Origin: a virus
Lineage: Duplodnaviria > Caudoviricetes
IMG/VR virus record: IMGVR_UViG_3300032303_001047
Location: 1-27,682 of that record
Strand: one strand, 5' to 3'
Length of the DNA: 27,682 bases
Below are positions 23,978-27,682 of the stretch, piece by piece. Position 1 is the first letter of the stretch; each line of letters starts with the position of its first letter. Under the pieces are notes generated by a model that was not told the origin of the DNA, searched no databases, and was given only the letters and a program-made list of their open reading frames with translations. A program made the translations under genes and the position numbers.

Positions 23978-24367
23978 ATGAGATTAAAAGATCGCAACGG
24001 CCCTATCCCAACTGGACTTTGGTATCAATATAGCGACGATCAAGGTAATACTTATCGTGTTAATGGAATGGATCTCACATTTGGAAAACAATTTCTCCAA
24101 AAAGTGAAATCTGACATGGCAAATAAAAATGTCGCCATTCCCGAAAATTTAGAATACCTTATTGAGCAACAAATTTGTCAAAGGATTCCGGGGCAATATT
24201 GCTGGCAAGAAGCTGGTGATGCCGTTGCCAATGTAATCCACAAATTTGCACATCTTGGTGATAAGGTAGCTTCTACATTTGGCATTAATGCTCAATTGGA
24301 GAAGAGGGCAAAGAATTGCCCTTCCTGTCAAAAACGCCGTGAGGCAATGAATAAAGCAATTGGATGA
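23978..24367 (+). CDS. hypothetical protein (Cys-containing, CPSCQKRREAMN)
   Basis: First gene of the portal operon. Confidence 0.65.
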   Translation: MRLKDRNGPIPTGLWYQYSDDQGNTYRVNGMDLTFGKQFLQKVKSDMANKNVAIPENLEYLIEQQICQRIPGQYCWQEAGDAVANVIHKFAHLGDKVASTFGINAQLEKRAKNCPSCQKRREAMNKAIG

Positions 24368-24762
24368 TTACCCAAGAGAAAAAGGATCGGTATAATTTTA
24401 ACCGAAGGGTCAGGTATCAAAATAACAAAGAGTTGTTTAAGGAAAAAAATGCACGTTGGTATCAAAAAAACAAAGCAACCCATCGTTCTTTATCAACCAA
24501 ATACAGGAAAACCTTTCAAGAAAAGGCAAATGCTTTCAAACTTTCTAAAGGATGCATTGATTGTGGATACAAAGAACACGCTGTAGCATTGCACTTTGAT
24601 CATGTGACAGGAAAAAAAGTAAGGCAAATTTGTGATTTTAGAAACTGGGATTTAGCTCTTGAAGAGGTATCAAAATGTGTAGTAAGGTGTTCAAATTGTC
24701 ATGCCATCAAAACTTTTAAAAACAAAGAGTTTCGTGGATGGCGCAAAAGAATAGACAATTAA
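24364..24762 (+). CDS. HNH endonuclease-like protein
   Basis: CIDCGY...ALHFDHV...EEVSKCVVRCSNCHAIKT. Confidence 0.8.
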   Translation: MITQEKKDRYNFNRRVRYQNNKELFKEKNARWYQKNKATHRSLSTKYRKTFQEKANAFKLSKGCIDCGYKEHAVALHFDHVTGKKVRQICDFRNWDLALEEVSKCVVRCSNCHAIKTFKNKEFRGWRKRIDN

Positions 24763-24763
24763 A

Positions 24764-27379
24764 ATGGCAAAAACAAAAAAGATTGTTAATCGTGAAGGAG
24801 TCTCCTCTTGGGGATTCAATACCATTAATTCTAATGGCGTTGCCCCTACTAGCCGTGTCCAGACTGCCAATGATGCTTTTACAATTTGTTGGAATTTGCG
24901 TTTAGATAACGCTGGTCGTGAGCGCAAATGGGGACGCATCTATAAGTGCTATAAAGGTTTCCCCCCTACTGATTATAGCCAAGTTGCGTCCCGACAGCTT
25001 TCGGGAATGAGCAATGTTCCATTCCGTCAGATGAAGTTTATTGTGGACAATCAGAAGTCCAGCTTTATGGACATGGTGATGGAGCGTAATACTGCCGCAA
25101 CCATTACCACAAAGTTAGGAAATCCTACCGAGAAAAAAGAATGGAGTGATCTTATTGGTGTTGGATTTGATCGAATGCTTCGTGCGTGGAACAGCTACAA
25201 CTACAATGTTGAACTAGATGTTGAGGAGATGACCCTGTTTGGAAAGGGATTTGAAATTGCCGAGGATCGTGACGGATGGCCTACCAAGAGCTTCCATAAT
25301 TCCAATGTTCTTATACCAGACAAGACCTTTGCCGATCTTACAAACCTTGGAGAGCTTTGCATTAAACGTTCTTATACTCCGCTTGAGTTTTGGTTGAAGA
25401 TTACTGGCGGTGAAGAAGATCCAGAAAAGGCAAGAGCGTATGCTACAGAAATGGGTTGGAACTTCTGGGCTTGCGTTGATGCCTTGCGAATGTTCACCAC
25501 CAATTACCGCAATACTTATACCAACACGGAATGGTTGCGTGATGTTGCTAGTGGCAACTTAAACCTTTCACGTCTTTATACTCTACGCATCGAATTGTAT
25601 GAGCTTTATATCATGGAGTTTAACGGAAGCATTTCCAAGATGCTCCTACTGCAAAATTATGGAGGTCTTGTCCTTGGTTACAAAGAAAACGGACGCAAGG
25701 ATCTGACCGAGGAGGAATACCGTGACCAGACAGGATTCCTTTATTATCGCAAAGATTGGGTTGAAAAGGGTGGAGATGGATGGGATGACATCATTGCCCC
25801 AATGTGCGATTCCACGGGATCTGGTATCTGGCACGAAATCCAAGGTCTTGCTGAATCTATCTTTATCCAATGTCGTGCTTATGACATCCACATGAATCGT
25901 TTCATGGATTCTGTTGATTGGAATACACGCCTCATGTTCAAGGGTGGATCTGCTGAAGCTACTAAAAAGCTAAAGCAAATGGAGTGGATGCCTTGGATGG
26001 TTCTTCCACAAGACGTTGAACCTCAACAGGTATCAGTCAATATTCCTTTCCAAGAAGTCCTAGCTGGAATCCAATTCTATCAAGCCGATATGTACCGAGG
26101 AATTGGTGCATATAACATTAGCCAATCGACTAAAGGTGGCAAACAAAGGACAAAGGGAGAGGCTGAACTTGATGCCGCTGAATCTGCAAAGCTCCAAGGA
26201 ACACAAATTCGCCGATTTAATGACAATCAAACCCGATGGCTTCGTATGCTCTACAAGAGGATGAGCAATACAACCAAGGGTGGAAATGGATACAGGCTCA
26301 AACAAAAGTTTGTGGATTTCATGGAAGAAAATGGAGTTCCAAAAGAGGCTTGGAAATGGGAAAACATTGAAAACTTGGAGAGCAATATGCTTTCTGGTTC
26401 TGGAAGTCCATCTTACAAACTGATGGCGGCACAGCAAACCGTATCACTCACGGGCATGACTCCAATGAATGAGGGGCAAGCCAATGCTATCGCTGATGCT
26501 ATTGCGGCTCTTAATGGTCGCCAGAATGTCAACCGATACGTCAAACAAACCAAGGTTGATATTCCAGATGAACAGGGAATCATCTCAATGGAAAACATTG
26601 GTATGACTGACCCCAAGGGCAATCCTGCGAACTTCCGAGTTTACCCCGATCAAAACCATGTCGAGCATTTCAAAGGACATATCCAAGATGCAATGGTTTC
26701 TATGCAAGAGGCACAACAAGCCCTCCAATCGGGTGGAGTTAATCCGCAAGCTCCCTCCCGTGGGCAGGAAGCTCAAGCACTACCCGATGAGGCTATTGAA
26801 CTTATCCGCGACATCTACGCCTGTCTCATGCGATTCAAAGGGCCGCATATGGTTGCCCACCTCGGATTTATTCAGAAAGATCCAACCAAGAAAGAAGTGG
26901 CAAAAGAATTTGGTATGCAGATGCAACAGCTTCAGCGTGGAACCGATGAACTTGGTAGCCAACTTGCACAGCTTGAAAAGGCTCGTCAGCAACAACAGGG
27001 TCAAGGTCAAGCCCAAAGCCCAGATGACATCAAGCTACAGGCATTGATTGCTAAAGAATCTATCCAAGCAAACTTCCTCCAAAAGAAGGAAGACATCAGA
27101 TTGGCGGCAATGGCTCAAAAAGCCCAACTGCATAACTCCAATGCAATGGAAAGGGTAGCAACTGATCTTGCTACCAAAAGAGCAAGAGCCGCAAACGAGA
27201 TTCAGATTCGTCGCGCAAAAGCGGCACATGATACCGCAATTATGCAGGATCAGCATGAACAAACGATTAGTAACAATGAACAAATGAATGCCCAAGACAT
27301 GATGGCTCAACAACAAGCTATCCAAGGTCAAGAGGCAGTAACCCAAAGCAACCCGCAAATAGGACAAGAAAATGGCTGA
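24764..27379 (+). CDS. portal (head-tail connector) protein with long Gln-rich helical C-terminal extension
   Basis: 871 aa next to terL; G.GF, RT..EA motif, D..QNH..H segment, coiled-coil C-terminus as in P22-like portals. Confidence 0.75.
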   Translation: MAKTKKIVNREGVSSWGFNTINSNGVAPTSRVQTANDAFTICWNLRLDNAGRERKWGRIYKCYKGFPPTDYSQVASRQLSGMSNVPFRQMKFIVDNQKSSFMDMVMERNTAATITTKLGNPTEKKEWSDLIGVGFDRMLRAWNSYNYNVELDVEEMTLFGKGFEIAEDRDGWPTKSFHNSNVLIPDKTFADLTNLGELCIKRSYTPLEFWLKITGGEEDPEKARAYATEMGWNFWACVDALRMFTTNYRNTYTNTEWLRDVASGNLNLSRLYTLRIELYELYIMEFNGSISKMLLLQNYGGLVLGYKENGRKDLTEEEYRDQTGFLYYRKDWVEKGGDGWDDIIAPMCDSTGSGIWHEIQGLAESIFIQCRAYDIHMNRFMDSVDWNTRLMFKGGSAEATKKLKQMEWMPWMVLPQDVEPQQVSVNIPFQEVLAGIQFYQADMYRGIGAYNISQSTKGGKQRTKGEAELDAAESAKLQGTQIRRFNDNQTRWLRMLYKRMSNTTKGGNGYRLKQKFVDFMEENGVPKEAWKWENIENLESNMLSGSGSPSYKLMAAQQTVSLTGMTPMNEGQANAIADAIAALNGRQNVNRYVKQTKVDIPDEQGIISMENIGMTDPKGNPANFRVYPDQNHVEHFKGHIQDAMVSMQEAQQALQSGGVNPQAPSRGQEAQALPDEAIELIRDIYACLMRFKGPHMVAHLGFIQKDPTKKEVAKEFGMQMQQLQRGTDELGSQLAQLEKARQQQQGQGQAQSPDDIKLQALIAKESIQANFLQKKEDIRLAAMAQKAQLHNSNAMERVATDLATKRARAANEIQIRRAKAAHDTAIMQDQHEQTISNNEQMNAQDMMAQQQAIQGQEAVTQSNPQIGQENG

Positions 27380-27656
27380 TATAAACGTAGTAAACCTTGC
27401 CGCCGCAATCATTAACGACAAACGCTACAGCGAACTTAAAACAGCAATCTATGAGGATCTGGTCAAGAGTGATCACGCCAGCGTAGTTGCCGTATTTAAG
27501 GCTTTGCAAGAGTATGCGTCCGATGCGGAAGACAATACCTTTTATGCTGGTGACAAACCTAAACTTATCCAAAGCAAAGTAGGGTCACATGATTTAGATA
27601 TTGACCCCGATTTAGATGACACTTTAACTGAAGAAGAAGTTTCCCTTCGCAAGTAA
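27372..27656 (+). CDS. hypothetical protein downstream of the portal
   Basis: 8-bp overlap with the portal; the next ATG is at 27680. Confidence 0.65.
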   Translation: MADINVVNLAAAIINDKRYSELKTAIYEDLVKSDHASVVAVFKALQEYASDAEDNTFYAGDKPKLIQSKVGSHDLDIDPDLDDTLTEEEVSLRK

Positions 27657-27682
27657 CCACACCATAACCAAAAAATAATATG

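Noticed and set aside
26658-27572. Alternative-frame and antisense ORFs inside the portal gene
   Set aside because: Shadow ORFs of a Gln/Ala-rich coding region
1-27682. Stop-codon reassignment
   Set aside because: Long genes are intact under the standard code, all three stops are used, and the tRNA has a normal UUG anticodon

Overview
This is a fragment of a tailed dsDNA bacteriophage genome, probably podovirus-like given its large portal; the host cannot be determined from sequence alone. Left to right: (1) the end of an upstream gene, an HNH nuclease, a two-domain glycosyltransferase and a convergent FkbM methyltransferase. (2) A long leftward early/middle operon with a replication-initiator-like protein, DUF1064 nuclease, SSB-like protein, DUF2800/Cas4-like nuclease, RecT-like annealase, Lys-rich microproteins and an RHH regulator. 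(3) A 2.8-kb putative first-expressed cassette (11757-14570) carrying ardC. Its genes are separated by five copies of a covarying RNA structure with two alternative folds, it has a structured leader with a boxA-like site, and it is bracketed by a 25-bp inverted repeat. (4) A skewed, repeat-rich divergence zone, terS, a ferritin/Dps-like gene, an HNH-AP2 gene, tRNA-Gln(UUG) plus a tRNA 5' remnant, an anti-TRAP-like gene, a zincin, a metallophosphoesterase and an ArgZ-like pentein hydrolase. (5) terL on the minus strand, divergent from an HNH + portal operon. The best candidate for an undescribed system is the RNA-structure-punctuated ardC cassette. All calls are from manual motif reading; no database searches were run.
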